From Candidatus Aenigmatarchaeota archaeon (lineage in GTDB: Archaea > Aenigmatarchaeota > Aenigmatarchaeia > GW2011-AR5 > JACRAC01), in contig JACPJV010000006.1 in assembly GCA_016187395.1 (NCBI GenBank), positions 62,345-126,344 on the forward strand: a stretch of 64,000 nt of DNA. The letters are read 5' to 3'. Below the pieces are notes generated by a model that did no database searches, was not told where the DNA came from, and saw nothing but the letters and a program-made list of their open reading frames with translations. The position numbers were made by a program, and so were the translations under genes. Every line of letters begins with the position of its first letter. Position 1 is the stretch's first letter. Of this stretch, positions 31,502 to 41,848 are shown piece by piece.

Positions 31502-34500
31502 TTATACCCTAATCATATAATCCTTCAGCCAGACACTCCACCTCTTGTATATCTCTGGGCTGTCCAAAGTTCCGGATTCCCTCAGAACTTCATCCATTGC
31601 AGTATGAAAGGCGGAATTGCTTTTCACCATTGATTCTGCCTCGATCAGCTCAGGCTTGCGCTTTCCTTCCTCAGCAAGCGTATGCAAGATGCGGGAACGT
31701 AAATTCACGTTGTCCCAGACTGCTTCCCAGTTCAGGCTCCACTCCTTGACTCTTGATGCAATATTGTTCAGCACTTCGGATTCTCCTGTCAGCAGGGTCT
31801 GCGTGGGTTTTAGCTTGTCTTCAGCTGCATTGTACTGCATCAGAGGCACGAATCCATTCTCCTGCAGAGGATCCTTTTGCCAGTGCTTCCGGACTTCGGT
31901 TATCTCGACGATCCTCCGGAACGTTCTCAGGCCATCCGGAGACCGCAGGGTGTTTGCGATTATCACTATGTCCGTTGCCTTGAACGAGGTGGGAGGAACG
32001 CCCAGATCATTAACAACGCGGTCAAAGACGCCGTATGCAGACTCGCCGTGTATGGTTCCTGCCACCACGTTTGCCAGAGCTCCTATCCTCATTGCCTCAT
32101 ATAACGCAAGCGCCTCGCGGCTGCGGACCTCACCTACTATCAGGGCTGAATCTCCCAGACGCAGCGCTGTGCGCAATGCCTCTTCTGCAGGCAGCTCTGT
32201 TTCTATGCGCGTTATAACCGATCGAGACTTCAATCTTTCAACGTTGAATCCTATATCGCGAAGAGAGTTGACAGGCAGCTCTAGAGTGTCTTCCACCGTA
32301 ATCACCCTCACGTTGGGCATTATCTGCACCATGCAGCTGCCCAGGAAGGATGTATTATGCGCTATTATGCCGTTTGCCACAAAATTCGGGCTGCCCTCCA
32401 CTTCGATATCATAGACAAACTCCTCTTCGGGTTTAATGTGCTCTATCTTTGCTATCTTGTCCCAGAATATATCAGAATCCGCAAGCTGCTTTATCATTTT
32501 TATGTTCCTTTCGGCCTCGCTGATTTCTCTGCATATTATTTCCAGTCCTTTGCATATGCCCTCCACAATCTTCAGCCGTGGCCGTCTGTATCTGCCTCTT
32601 GCTATTCCGGAAATAGTTCCTACGCTTATTCCTGATGCCTCTCCCATGCGCTTATGCGATATTAATTGCACGGCATGCCTGAGTGAGTTGAGCATTTTTG
32701 TTTCGTCGGAAATTTCTGCTCTCATACCGAAATATCCGAGAATTTTTCCCGATGTTTCGGGTCGCGGATCCGGACATCCTTTCTTGTATTTTTTGAATAT
32801 TCGTGCGCTTATCCCTGCTCTTCCGGCAGCTTCTGCAAGATTTGCGGGCAAAGGATTGTCTTTAACAAGATTTGCGAGCATCCTGGTTTTGCGCGCATAC
32901 TCGGTTAAATCATAATGCAAACTATAAATCAGGCTTAAATTATGCAGCCTTCTTTCCGCAAGAGATACGAATTTTCCCAGCTTTTTTCTTCCAAAAGAAC
33001 AAGTTTCGTTGCAATATACCCAAAACTCCCCGTGGGTTTCTATCTCCAGTGCCTTTATTGTTTTCTTCACAACAGCGCCTACGCCGGGCACTGTATCCAC
33101 GTTTGTGTAATGTCCCTTTCTGATTTTCCCGATTTTGGACTGCAATATAGCATGCTTTCTCGGGTGCAAAAATCCTATTTCCCGCGCGAAAATGTCAATG
33201 TTTTCGCCTGTAATCATGATTCTATGATATTCCTTTCCCTTCACAATCTTAGGTTTCAGAAAGCTTATTATTCCGAATTTTAGAAGCATAAGCTGCATTT
33301 TCTGTGCAACATCGCGGCTTGCTGTAGCGAATTCTATGCCCCTGTCTCCTACGCTACCGTCGCAATCGAAATATGCGCGTATGAATCTGCTTGTATTTTC
33401 TTTGCTCATTCCCAGCGTCCATGATGGCAATACGAAGTTTTCTGACTTCTTTCCGATGGGGAAGCCAAAAACCGATCTGAAAACCTTTGCCAAAGCATTC
33501 GACCGTATGACAACCATAGGCGAACGCTTTTTCGGGAAATTTGTACTTGGATCATGCCCGAAACATTTTTTCATCAGTAATCCAGCCCTGTTTCTCATTT
33601 CTTCCACGGTATTGAAGAATGCCACTTCTGCCATATCCACATGGCCATCACCTGCCAGATAACCAAGGAGCTCTGCGAGTTCGGGGGTAATCTTCTTAGG
33701 CACTTTGACTGCAAAGCCGGCTGTCTTGCTTTTTATCCACAATTCTTCCGGAGAAGCTTTCAGCAGGCTTAGAGGCACTGCCTTTGCTTTCTCATCCATT
33801 TTGACATAAATGCCTTCTTCGTGCTGCAAGGGCGCTAAATCGAAATTCTCAAAACTGTTGGCGTGGGGGAGCATCCTCGCAGCGGCTATGCAGCTTCCTT
33901 CGCAAAGCATTTCGGCTCTGATTTCCTTTATTCCGTTATCAACAGTAAAATAGATGTGTTCCGGGGTTGTTGTTATTGTCCTTCCAGAAGCTGTTTTTAT
34001 CCTAATAAGTTTTTTCGGCGCTCTTCTCTTATATAATGCCTTTACCTTATGCTTTTTCATTCTCATATCCTCTCCAAGAGAAGTTACGTGCAAATCATCT
34101 GGAGTGCAAAGAAAACCATCCTCGGTGTTGATTGCCTTTTCCTTTATTTGGTATTCTACTATATCCTTAATCTTAACAAGCTCGCCGTTTCCCATAGAGA
34201 TTATGCTGTTTCCCTCTACACACTTTCCGCTGCTGCGCGTACCTGCCACGAGGATGGTCCGTGCGCCGTCAATCAGAAACCATATAAGCCCTGCGCTGAA
34301 GGCATCAAGCATCTTTGTATTTATGAAAAGGGGCAGTGTCCAGGGTTTTTGCCTGAACCGCCTAAGTGCGAAGGCAATGCCGTCCGGCGACAGCGGCCTT
34401 GTTATCGCAGCTACTCTGGCGCGACCTCCCTTCACTTCTATTTCTGTATCCAGGACAGGGTTTGCCTCGTCCAGCGGCCTTCCGCTCTGTATCCTGAAAC

Positions 34501-35641
34501 GCGTTGCCCATGCCTCTGCATCACTGGCGCTCGGATAAATGTTTGTTATACAGTCTCCAAATTCTGCGTGACGGATGAATACAGGAATTGCACCGACAGG
34601 GGAGTTTATGAGGATGTCCTGGATATTTTCATCTGCCAGCAATATTTCTATTATGCCCATTCCTGCTGTGTACCTTGCAAGTATGTTAGCAAGCCTCTGC
34701 ATCCCCTGCTCATCAATATCCTTGTTCTCGGTCTGGGATATGTCCCTGATAAGATCCACGGCAAGGTTGAACATGTTTTTGCGGAAAAGATCGGGCTCTG
34801 CTAATTCTGCTTCAGACGGCTCGTGCGCCCCTATGTACCTTCTGGCTCTTTCCAGAATTTCATATTCCTCGTAATTCATATTGAACTCTCCTGCTGACAG
34901 GTGATAGAATCTCTCCACCTTTCCTGCGATGCGAAATATTGAAATTATGGCGTCGCCGACCCTGTAGCGGTCGATGAGCTCTGCGTTTTCCGGAAAGCTT
35001 GTCTCCAGCCTCGTATACATGAAAGTAGGCCTCGTTGAGGGTCGGAACAGCTTTCTATAGATCGTCCTTCCCCTTATTTTCAGCTCCCTTGCGCGCTTTA
35101 TCATTGCGGTTTCCTCGAACATCTTTCGAAGGGGCATGAGGACTTTCAGCAAATAGTGAGTAAAACAGACGCGACATGCGTTCTTGTCGCCACCCTTTGT
35201 TTCCTCTATATCTTCGCCTTCTTTCAGCTTTTTGATTTTATGCTTTATCATCCTCGTTTCTCTTACAACTGTGAGGTATGCAGAAACAGGGTCGTATTTT
35301 ATGTTTTCTATTGCTGCCCTGATCTTTGCAAAGGCGTTGGGAAGATAATCCTCGCAATACGAGCCTTTCAGTATGTTTTTCAGCGAGATGAAATTCTGCT
35401 TTCTTATTTCCTCTATCAGGCCGGCTATTTCGAAGAGCATCCTGCACTCTTCATCGCTATACGTGTATTCGCGTGCCTCTGCGACAACGGTTATCCTCGG
35501 CTCTGCCTTTATTTCCAGGATTTTACTTATGAGAGCGCCCATGCTGGGAGCGTAATCCTCGAAGCTTTGCCCGTACGGCACGTTGATTACAAGCCTTTTC
35601 GAATAAGGATCGTAGTCTATGCTGAATCTGCCCAATGCCAT
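31502..35641 (-). CDS. Type IV pilus/secretion ATPase (TadA/VirB11/ArlI family) with intein
   Basis: Walker A GTRSSGK-T, VEDTLEL, ALRLGDSALIVGEVRSREA, GTIHG. Confidence 0.93.
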   Translation of the reverse strand: MALGRFSIDYDPYSKRLVINVPYGQSFEDYAPSMGALISKILEIKAEPRITVVAEAREYTYSDEECRMLFEIAGLIEEIRKQNFISLKNILKGSYCEDYLPNAFAKIRAAIENIKYDPVSAYLTVVRETRMIKHKIKKLKEGEDIEETKGGDKNACRVCFTHYLLKVLMPLRKMFEETAMIKRARELKIRGRTIYRKLFRPSTRPTFMYTRLETSFPENAELIDRYRVGDAIISIFRIAGKVERFYHLSAGEFNMNYEEYEILERARRYIGAHEPSEAELAEPDLFRKNMFNLAVDLIRDISQTENKDIDEQGMQRLANILARYTAGMGIIEILLADENIQDILINSPVGAIPVFIRHAEFGDCITNIYPSASDAEAWATRFRIQSGRPLDEANPVLDTEIEVKGGRARVAAITRPLSPDGIAFALRRFRQKPWTLPLFINTKMLDAFSAGLIWFLIDGARTILVAGTRSSGKCVEGNSIISMGNGELVKIKDIVEYQIKEKAINTEDGFLCTPDDLHVTSLGEDMRMKKHKVKALYKRRAPKKLIRIKTASGRTITTTPEHIYFTVDNGIKEIRAEMLCEGSCIAAARMLPHANSFENFDLAPLQHEEGIYVKMDEKAKAVPLSLLKASPEELWIKSKTAGFAVKVPKKITPELAELLGYLAGDGHVDMAEVAFFNTVEEMRNRAGLLMKKCFGHDPSTNFPKKRSPMVVIRSNALAKVFRSVFGFPIGKKSENFVLPSWTLGMSKENTSRFIRAYFDCDGSVGDRGIEFATASRDVAQKMQLMLLKFGIISFLKPKIVKGKEYHRIMITGENIDIFAREIGFLHPRKHAILQSKIGKIRKGHYTNVDTVPGVGAVVKKTIKALEIETHGEFWVYCNETCSFGRKKLGKFVSLAERRLHNLSLIYSLHYDLTEYARKTRMLANLVKDNPLPANLAEAAGRAGISARIFKKYKKGCPDPRPETSGKILGYFGMRAEISDETKMLNSLRHAVQLISHKRMGEASGISVGTISGIARGRYRRPRLKIVEGICKGLEIICREISEAERNIKMIKQLADSDIFWDKIAKIEHIKPEEEFVYDIEVEGSPNFVANGIIAHNTSFLGSCMVQIMPNVRVITVEDTLELPVNSLRDIGFNVERLKSRSVITRIETELPAEEALRTALRLGDSALIVGEVRSREALALYEAMRIGALANVVAGTIHGESAYGVFDRVVNDLGVPPTSFKATDIVIIANTLRSPDGLRTFRRIVEITEVRKHWQKDPLQENGFVPLMQYNAAEDKLKPTQTLLTGESEVLNNIASRVKEWSLNWEAVWDNVNLRSRILHTLAEEGKRKPELIEAESMVKSNSAFHTAMDEVLRESGTLDSPEIYKRWSVWLKDYMIRV
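32354..34222 (-). mobile_element. Intein (623 aa) with LAGLIDADG homing endonuclease, inserted in the ATPase Walker A
   Basis: Starts CVEGNSII after GK; TTTPEH block B; LGYLAGDG and RAYFDCDGS; ends FVANGIIAHN before T. Confidence 0.93.
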
Positions 35642-35712
35642 AATTTAATTATGCAAAGGCGGTATAAAATTGTTTTAAAACGACTTTTATGATCCTAATC
35701 TATAGTTTTTAC

Positions 35713-36438
35713 ATGGTTCTGAAACGCACGGCAGTTATAACAGGCGGCAGCGAAGGGATAGGACTTGCCACAGCCTTTGCATTCATGCAAGAGGGTTGCA
35801 GAGTAGCTATATGCGCCAGAAATCAGAAGAGGTTACGAGCTGCAAAGGAACGGCTTGCAAGAACCGGTGATGTTCTTGCGGTAAGGTGCGATGTCGGGAA
35901 AAGCGGTGAAGTGAAAAAATTTATTTCTACAGTAAAGGAAAACTTTGGCAAAATAGACTTTTTAATCAACAATGCTGGCGTGCTGCTTGTAAAGGAATTT
36001 GCGAGAACAAGCGAGGAAGAATGGAACTCTGTCTTAGACACTAACCTTAACGGGATTTTCCTCGTGACAAAGCATGCGCTTCCGATTATGCAGAAGAACG
36101 GGGTTATTGTCAATGTATCATCAGGCGCCGGGAAGCGCGGCTTTGCGCATCTGACAGCTTACTGCGCGTCAAAGTTTGCAGTCATAGGACTCACAGAATC
36201 CCTTGCAGATGAATTAAAAGACAGGATAAAGGTTTATGCCGTATGCCCGGGAGGCGTTAATACAAAGATGTATCACTCTGCCTGGCCTGGAACGAATCCG
36301 CATAGCCTTTTGCAGCCTGAACATATAGCGGCAAAAATTCTGCAATTGTGCCTGAAGCAAAAAGCCAGAAGCGGATCAGCTATTGAGATTTACAATATTC
36401 GCGATGCCGTGGAGTACGTGAAAGAACGCTGGCTGTAG
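35713..36438 (+). CDS. Short-chain dehydrogenase/reductase
   Basis: TGGSEGIG, NNAG, YCASK. Confidence 0.93.
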   Translation: MVLKRTAVITGGSEGIGLATAFAFMQEGCRVAICARNQKRLRAAKERLARTGDVLAVRCDVGKSGEVKKFISTVKENFGKIDFLINNAGVLLVKEFARTSEEEWNSVLDTNLNGIFLVTKHALPIMQKNGVIVNVSSGAGKRGFAHLTAYCASKFAVIGLTESLADELKDRIKVYAVCPGGVNTKMYHSAWPGTNPHSLLQPEHIAAKILQLCLKQKARSGSAIEIYNIRDAVEYVKERWL

Positions 36439-36478
36439 CGTGAATCTGTATTTATATTAATGCCCCAAGATTTTACTC

Positions 36479-37072
36479 ATGATGCCCAAAGAGAATGACC
36501 CTAATGCTGTCAGGGAAGCTGTGCTTTGCCTGAAAAGAGGCGGCGTTGTGATTTATCCCACTGAAACAGCGTACGGCATGGGCGTGGATGCAACCAATGC
36601 GAGAGCAAGAAGAAAAATCTACAGAATAAAAAGGCGTTTTGCATGGAAGAAACTTTCGCTGATAGTTGCAAGCAACGCAATGGCGTCCCGATACATACGC
36701 CTGGACAGCGCGGCCAAGAAGCTGATGAGAAGTTTCATGCCAGGCCCTCTCACAATAATTTGCGATGCGAAGCGCTCCGGCAATATTGGAAAGGATGTGG
36801 CTTTTCGCATACCGCGCCAGAAATTCGCCCTGCGCATGGTTCGCGCGTTTGGAAAACCCGTGACCGCAACAAGCGCTAACCTGTCTGGAAAAAGCCCTGT
36901 ATATGAAATGAATAAAATAAAGCGCATTTTCCTGAACAAGGCTGACCTCATCGTGGATGGGGGTAATTTGCCCCGCAGGGCTGTCTCCACAATCTATGAC
37001 GTACGCAGGGGCAGGATCTTGCGAAAGGGGCCTATAAGCAGGAAGGACATAGCTAGGGCGCTGGAAAGGTGA
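36479..37072 (+). CDS. sua5: Threonylcarbamoyl-AMP synthase (Sua5/TsaC)
   Basis: PTETAYG, PGPLTII, TSANLSG. Confidence 0.92.
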   Translation: MMPKENDPNAVREAVLCLKRGGVVIYPTETAYGMGVDATNARARRKIYRIKRRFAWKKLSLIVASNAMASRYIRLDSAAKKLMRSFMPGPLTIICDAKRSGNIGKDVAFRIPRQKFALRMVRAFGKPVTATSANLSGKSPVYEMNKIKRIFLNKADLIVDGGNLPRRAVSTIYDVRRGRILRKGPISRKDIARALER

Positions 37073-37097
37073 AAATTCAAAGGAAAAACAGAAAAAC

Positions 37098-37430
37098 TTA
37101 TTTCTTCTGCGTCAGAGCGAGAATCCCGCCGATAATACCGAGGATGCTTCCTATCACTAAGCCGCCGCCTCCAAGGAGCCCTACGATGGAGAAGACAAGC
37201 ACTATTATACCGCCTGTCCTCATGTCTCCCTTGTTCATCTTCCAGGCGCCGAACAGCACAAGCAAGGCAAATATTATGACAACTGCTGACAGCGCTCCGA
37301 GAAGACCTGTGACTGCCCCTGCTCCGGGCACTGCTGAAGCCAGCGTTGCCCCGATTGCCAGCGTGGCAAGCCCCTGCACCAAAATTAGCAGGCCCCCTAT
37401 CAGCGACAGGATAAATGGTGCGTTTGCCAT
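37098..37430 (-). CDS. Small membrane protein (DUF4064-like), in frame with the upstream ribL ORF
   Basis: MANAPFILSLIGG...; own GGAGTGA SD and TATA-like TATATAAA upstream. Confidence 0.65.
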   Translation of the reverse strand: MANAPFILSLIGGLLILVQGLATLAIGATLASAVPGAGAVTGLLGALSAVVIIFALLVLFGAWKMNKGDMRTGGIIVLVFSIVGLLGGGGLVIGSILGIIGGILALTQKK

Positions 37431-37832
37431 TGAATCACTCCGATTATTTGGGTTGCCGGATTTATATAGCAATTCTGATGTGCTGTAATTCCCGTGCCTT
37501 GCTATTTTTATGACCTTTATCTTGTGCTTCTTTGCATAACCAACGCAGTCTTCCGGCAAAATCTGATCATATCCTAATGCGATAATCTGCGGCTTCTCTT
37601 CCTTTACTGTGGCAACAAAGCTGTCCGGCTTGCCAATAATCACTTTATCCGCTATATGCAGCTCTTCCACGGCTTTTTTCCTGTCTCCCTGCGGGCGCGC
37701 GTAGGGCTTCTTGTTGTGGCTGTCGTTTGCAATCACAACAACCAATTCGCCAAGTTTCTTTGCCTCCCTGAGGAAAAACAAATGTCCTTTGTGAATCAAA
37801 TTAAACTTTCCGCCGCAGAGGACTTTGATCAT
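37431..37832 (-). CDS. ribL: FAD synthase-like cytidylyltransferase (no stop before the downstream gene; ORF runs to 37098)
   Basis: GGKFNLIHKGHLFFLREAK...IIALGYDQ...YSTSEL. Confidence 0.75.
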
Positions 37833-37862
37833 AAACTACAATTGAAAGAAGCGATTAAAAGC

Positions 37863-38048
37863 CTATTTTCTTACCACCATGTTTATTATTGTGCCGCATT
37901 TCTTGCATACAACCATTTCATGGTACAGCAACCCCGTTGATACCAATTCCAAGTCTGTTCCTTTCAGCATTTTCTTGCATGAAGGACATTTCCCCACTTC
38001 TTTATCTTTAAAGCTAAGCCCGAGCAATCCTTTGGACATATGAGTCAT
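37863..38048 (-). CDS. Small zinc-ribbon protein
   Basis: CPSC...CKKC. Confidence 0.6.
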   Translation of the reverse strand: MTHMSKGLLGLSFKDKEVGKCPSCKKMLKGTDLELVSTGLLYHEMVVCKKCGTIINMVVRK

Positions 38049-38078
38049 CTATTAATGGCCTATGGGAGTTTTTATTTG

Positions 38079-38474
38079 TCACTGTTCAGGCGGCCTGAAA
38101 AGCCTCTCAGGCACAGGCTCCTCAAAGCACGTGACATTCTCAAAGGAATTCCCGAGGGCGCCTTCCCGGATGGATCCTCCTATTATCGGTGGTATAGTCG
38201 TGACTTTCTGCGAGTTGTTAAACCAAACATAGGCGCTGTCGTCCTTTGTTATTATTGAGTACGATGTTGACTCCTGCGAGGCTATCTCAGTTCTTATGTT
38301 TTCATCTGCTATGTAATAATTCACAATGACATTGCCTTCAGTCTTCTCGCAGTGCAGGCTTAGTCCTGACTCAAACGCGTCGCGCATTGTTTCGAATTTC
38401 AATGGCGCAACCTGGCCTATGCAACCTGATGCCAATATGGCGATAATAATTGCGGCAGCAATCGATGATTTCAT
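38079..38474 (-). CDS. Lipoprotein-like secreted protein
   Basis: ILASGC lipobox-like signal. Confidence 0.6.
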   Translation of the reverse strand: MKSSIAAAIIIAILASGCIGQVAPLKFETMRDAFESGLSLHCEKTEGNVIVNYYIADENIRTEIASQESTSYSIITKDDSAYVWFNNSQKVTTIPPIIGGSIREGALGNSFENVTCFEEPVPERLFRPPEQ

Positions 38475-38503
38475 AGAATGGTAGAATACCGAGAATATTT
38501 AAA

Positions 38504-40165
38504 TTATCTGTGGGTGAAGACTGCTGTCACTTTTGATTTTGATATTCTTTCCAGCCTGCAGAATCCAAAGCGTTCGAACTGTATAACTTCATTTTTCTTT
38601 GCAAGCTTTGCTATGCCAGGCTCCCCAAAGCCGCTTAGCGTCCCTTCTGGCATTATCACGTTCACTTTTATATTATCCCCTGCAGGCACCCAGTGGATTC
38701 TCTGGATGCTCTTGTTCTCTGTTCCGGTGACCTTTGCTCTCTCTTCAAGAACAACATTGCAGAATCCCATTAACCTCACTTCGCTGCCCGAGAACCTTTC
38801 AAGATCGCCTTTTTCAACAAAAATTTTGCCCTCTGCCTTGATTTTCCTGAAGCCCATGTCTACCTCCGGATGCAGCCTTAGCTTTGCTTCCCTTACAGGC
38901 ACTTTGTCGAGAGTTATTTTTGCAGGATTTTCGATGAAAAAGAAACGCTTTGCCTCAGCATCTATAATCTTGCGGTTGTAGGCAGCAAGATTCTCAAAAG
39001 CAACAGCGCTGTCCGATGACGTTGCTCCGATGCTTACTATAAGCCGCCGCAGAGCGTCGGGCTGAAAGCCGCGTCTTCGCAGCGACTGCAATGTTGCCAA
39101 GCGCGGGTCATCCCACCCTGCAAAATTTTTCTGCAGTATGCCCTCTCTGATAAGGGACTTGCTCATGACCATGCCCTGCAATGAAAGACGACCCAGGATC
39201 TTTACGTGGGGGTAATGCCATCCAAAGGCCTTGTAGAGATAGCGCTGCTTCGCTTCGTTGGTCGCATGCTCCTGGCCGCGGATTATATGCGTTATGCCAA
39301 GCAGATGATCATCTATAGCAGAAGCGAAATTGAACAAAGGCCATATCTTTGCTTTTGAGAAAGGATGCGCCGGCTTGTCCACGATGCGAAAAGCAGGCCA
39401 ATCCCGCACAGCAGGGTTCTTGTCCTGCATGTCTGTTTTTACGCGTAAAACAGCCTTGCCCTCTTTGTAAGAGCCTTTTTTCATCTTGTTCCAACGTTCT
39501 GCATTGCTTTTCTTTGCCAAATCCCTGCACCCGCACGCCTCTCCTTCGTCCCTCTTTTTTTTCCAGCTTTCTCCGCTGCACGTGCATACATACGCCGCTC
39601 CAATCTTCACAGCCTCATCCGCGTATTTTTCATAAATCTTCAGCCGCTTCGATGCTATGAACTCTCTTTGAATTATTATTCCGAGCCACTTCAGGTCTTC
39701 CCTAATCCATTTGTAGAATCTCTTTTCAGGCACCTTTACCTTCGGGTCTGTGTCGTCGAAACGCAGGATTAATTTCCCGCCATAGCGCTTGGCATATTCG
39801 TCGCTTATGATTGCGGGGCGTGCGTTGCCCAGATGCAATGCTCCGTCCGGGTTAGGGGCAAAGCGCAGGATTACCTTTTTCCTTTCAGCGCTTGGCAGCG
39901 ATGGCAGCCCCTCCTTCTCTTTTTTTTCAGGCACAAGGGGCTCCTCAAGCTTTTCAAGAAGCTTTTTCTGTTCCTCCACGCTGAGGGCATTCACTTCATC
40001 AACAACCTCGTCCACGACGCCGCGCGCCTCCTGAACTTTTTTTCGCAGCTCTGGCTCTGCTGCAAGCATCTTGCCTAAAACGCTGTCAGCGCGCGCCTCG
40101 CCGCCGTGATGGACGGCGTTCTGGAGGGCGTATCTTTTGGCAAGGGTCTGCAGATCTTTTGGCAT
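38504..40165 (-). CDS. gltX: Glutamate--tRNA ligase
   Basis: RFAPNPDGALHLGN, RFDDTD, MSKS, QFERFGF. Confidence 0.97.
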   Translation of the reverse strand: MPKDLQTLAKRYALQNAVHHGGEARADSVLGKMLAAEPELRKKVQEARGVVDEVVDEVNALSVEEQKKLLEKLEEPLVPEKKEKEGLPSLPSAERKKVILRFAPNPDGALHLGNARPAIISDEYAKRYGGKLILRFDDTDPKVKVPEKRFYKWIREDLKWLGIIIQREFIASKRLKIYEKYADEAVKIGAAYVCTCSGESWKKKRDEGEACGCRDLAKKSNAERWNKMKKGSYKEGKAVLRVKTDMQDKNPAVRDWPAFRIVDKPAHPFSKAKIWPLFNFASAIDDHLLGITHIIRGQEHATNEAKQRYLYKAFGWHYPHVKILGRLSLQGMVMSKSLIREGILQKNFAGWDDPRLATLQSLRRRGFQPDALRRLIVSIGATSSDSAVAFENLAAYNRKIIDAEAKRFFFIENPAKITLDKVPVREAKLRLHPEVDMGFRKIKAEGKIFVEKGDLERFSGSEVRLMGFCNVVLEERAKVTGTENKSIQRIHWVPAGDNIKVNVIMPEGTLSGFGEPGIAKLAKKNEVIQFERFGFCRLERISKSKVTAVFTHR

Positions 40166-40239
40166 AAGTTATCCTTGGGATTGGAAGATTAAAATGGCTA
40201 TTTATTTGTTTGGTTCGTATATGGATATAGGATGATAGC

Positions 40240-40392
40240 ATGAAAAGTAAAAACGGGTTCAAAGATGAAGAAGAATTCAAAAAGGCGACGGGTATGACGC
40301 CAGTAGAGTTTGCTAGATTTATCAGGGAAAAGTCTATCAAGGATGTAGAAGCTGAGATTAAGCGGTTAAAGCGAAGAAAGAAATTTTATTAG
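40240..40392 (+). CDS. Small putative antitoxin (50 aa), convergent with PIN gene
   Basis: Manual translation MKSKNGFKDEEEFKKATGMTPVEFARFIREKSIKDVEAEIKRLKRRKKFY. Confidence 0.5.
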   Translation: MKSKNGFKDEEEFKKATGMTPVEFARFIREKSIKDVEAEIKRLKRRKKFY

Positions 40393-40860
40393 CACTGCTT
40401 TTTCTTTGATGAATCCAGGGGTTCTTAATTTATGTTTCTCATTAATTTCTTTGTAGATCCTTACGATATATTCATTTGCCATGGTCTTTCTGTTGAATGT
40501 CCCGATAGCTGAAAGAGCAGCTGCCGATGAGCCAGCTACTATTCGGAAATCGTCAATCATTTTCTTTGCCCTCTTCTTTCCAAACTGCCTTCCAACTGCG
40601 TCGAAGTATTCTGTTGTCAATGACGATACAAATGGGGTCAGACCTATTTTTCCTCCTGCAGAAAGGTTATAGAGTTCCTTCAGCCTTTCAGCATCTTCCT
40701 TCTTGCCGATTCTCCTGAGATGAAATGCAGCACTGTCAATTTCTTTTTCAATTACCAAGGAAGACATCATGACAGCCTTCTTCGCAGCCTCTCTAATTTC
40801 ATCTTCAAGCTCTTTGTCTGCAATGGCATTTATGTAAACAGAAGTGTCTATTAGTATCAT
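40366..40860 (-). CDS. PIN-domain (VapC-like) protein
   Basis: ILIDTSVYI, EKEI, DDFRI. Confidence 0.7.
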   Translation of the reverse strand: MILIDTSVYINAIADKELEDEIREAAKKAVMMSSLVIEKEIDSAAFHLRRIGKKEDAERLKELYNLSAGGKIGLTPFVSSLTTEYFDAVGRQFGKKRAKKMIDDFRIVAGSSAAALSAIGTFNRKTMANEYIVRIYKEINEKHKLRTPGFIKEKAVLIKFLSSL

Positions 40861-41020
40861 GGAATTATTCTTGGAATGAGGGGATTAAAATGACTATCGT
40901 GCAAACAGATGTGTCCTTCAATTGGTTGGACTGAGATGATACAAAATTGGAAAAGAATAGATGCCTTCTTCCTTTACTTCCGGACATGCAAATTTTAATC
41001 TTACGGTGCCAATTCATATC

Positions 41021-41827
41021 ATGCCTGTAAACGCAACAATCGAATATTTCAAGGCAGAAGAGAGGTACCTGAACGCCAGAACAATTGAGGAAAGGATATC
41101 AGCACTAGAAGAGATGATACGTCTTCTGCCGAAGCACAAAGGCACGTCCAATGTGCTAGCACAGCTAAATGCAAGGATGTCGAAGCTGAAAAAAGAGGCT
41201 GTTAAAAAGAGAAAAAAAGGCGGCCGTGCTGCAGGCGTGCAGAAGGAGGGAGAGGCGCAGGTGTGCCTTATCGGAAAAACAATGACAGGTAAATCTTTGA
41301 TTCTAAGAAAGATAACGAACGCAAAACCAGAATTAGCTACGCATCCGTACACAACTACAAAGCCTGAGGTCGGAATGATGAACTGGTTTGGAGTCCAGAT
41401 ACAGATAGTCGAGCTGCCTTCAACAATGGAGCACAGGTTTCTTTCCATCGCAAAAACAGCGGAATTAATTTTGATCGTTGCCAGCGATGAAGAGGGAGAA
41501 GAGGATATCAGGAAAATTTTGAAGGATAATTTCATTCGCACAAAGACTGTTACGGCAAATCCCGGCGAGGATGAGGATAAAATAAAAGAAAAATTGTGGT
41601 CCGCACTTGACATGATTCTCGTTTATACAAAGAAGACCAACACTCCGATGGCACTGCAGAAAGGAAGCACTGTACGCGATTTCTGCAGTCGCATACACAA
41701 GGATTTCCTGAGAAACTTCCGGTTTGCAATCGTTCTGCGGAATGTCGGGAGCAGAAAACGGAGAATAAAAGCCGGGCTTCATTACAAACTTCAAGAAGGT
41801 GATGCGGTGGAAGTTTATGCAAAATAG
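41021..41827 (+). CDS. DRG/OBG-family GTPase with TGS domain (short, divergent)
   Basis: PKHKGT, GKTMTGKS, PYTTTKPEVGM, IHKDF...L.EGD.VE. Confidence 0.85.
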   Translation: MPVNATIEYFKAEERYLNARTIEERISALEEMIRLLPKHKGTSNVLAQLNARMSKLKKEAVKKRKKGGRAAGVQKEGEAQVCLIGKTMTGKSLILRKITNAKPELATHPYTTTKPEVGMMNWFGVQIQIVELPSTMEHRFLSIAKTAELILIVASDEEGEEDIRKILKDNFIRTKTVTANPGEDEDKIKEKLWSALDMILVYTKKTNTPMALQKGSTVRDFCSRIHKDFLRNFRFAIVLRNVGSRKRRIKAGLHYKLQEGDAVEVYAK

Positions 41828-41848
41828 AAGACAGGGTGTAATATGTAA

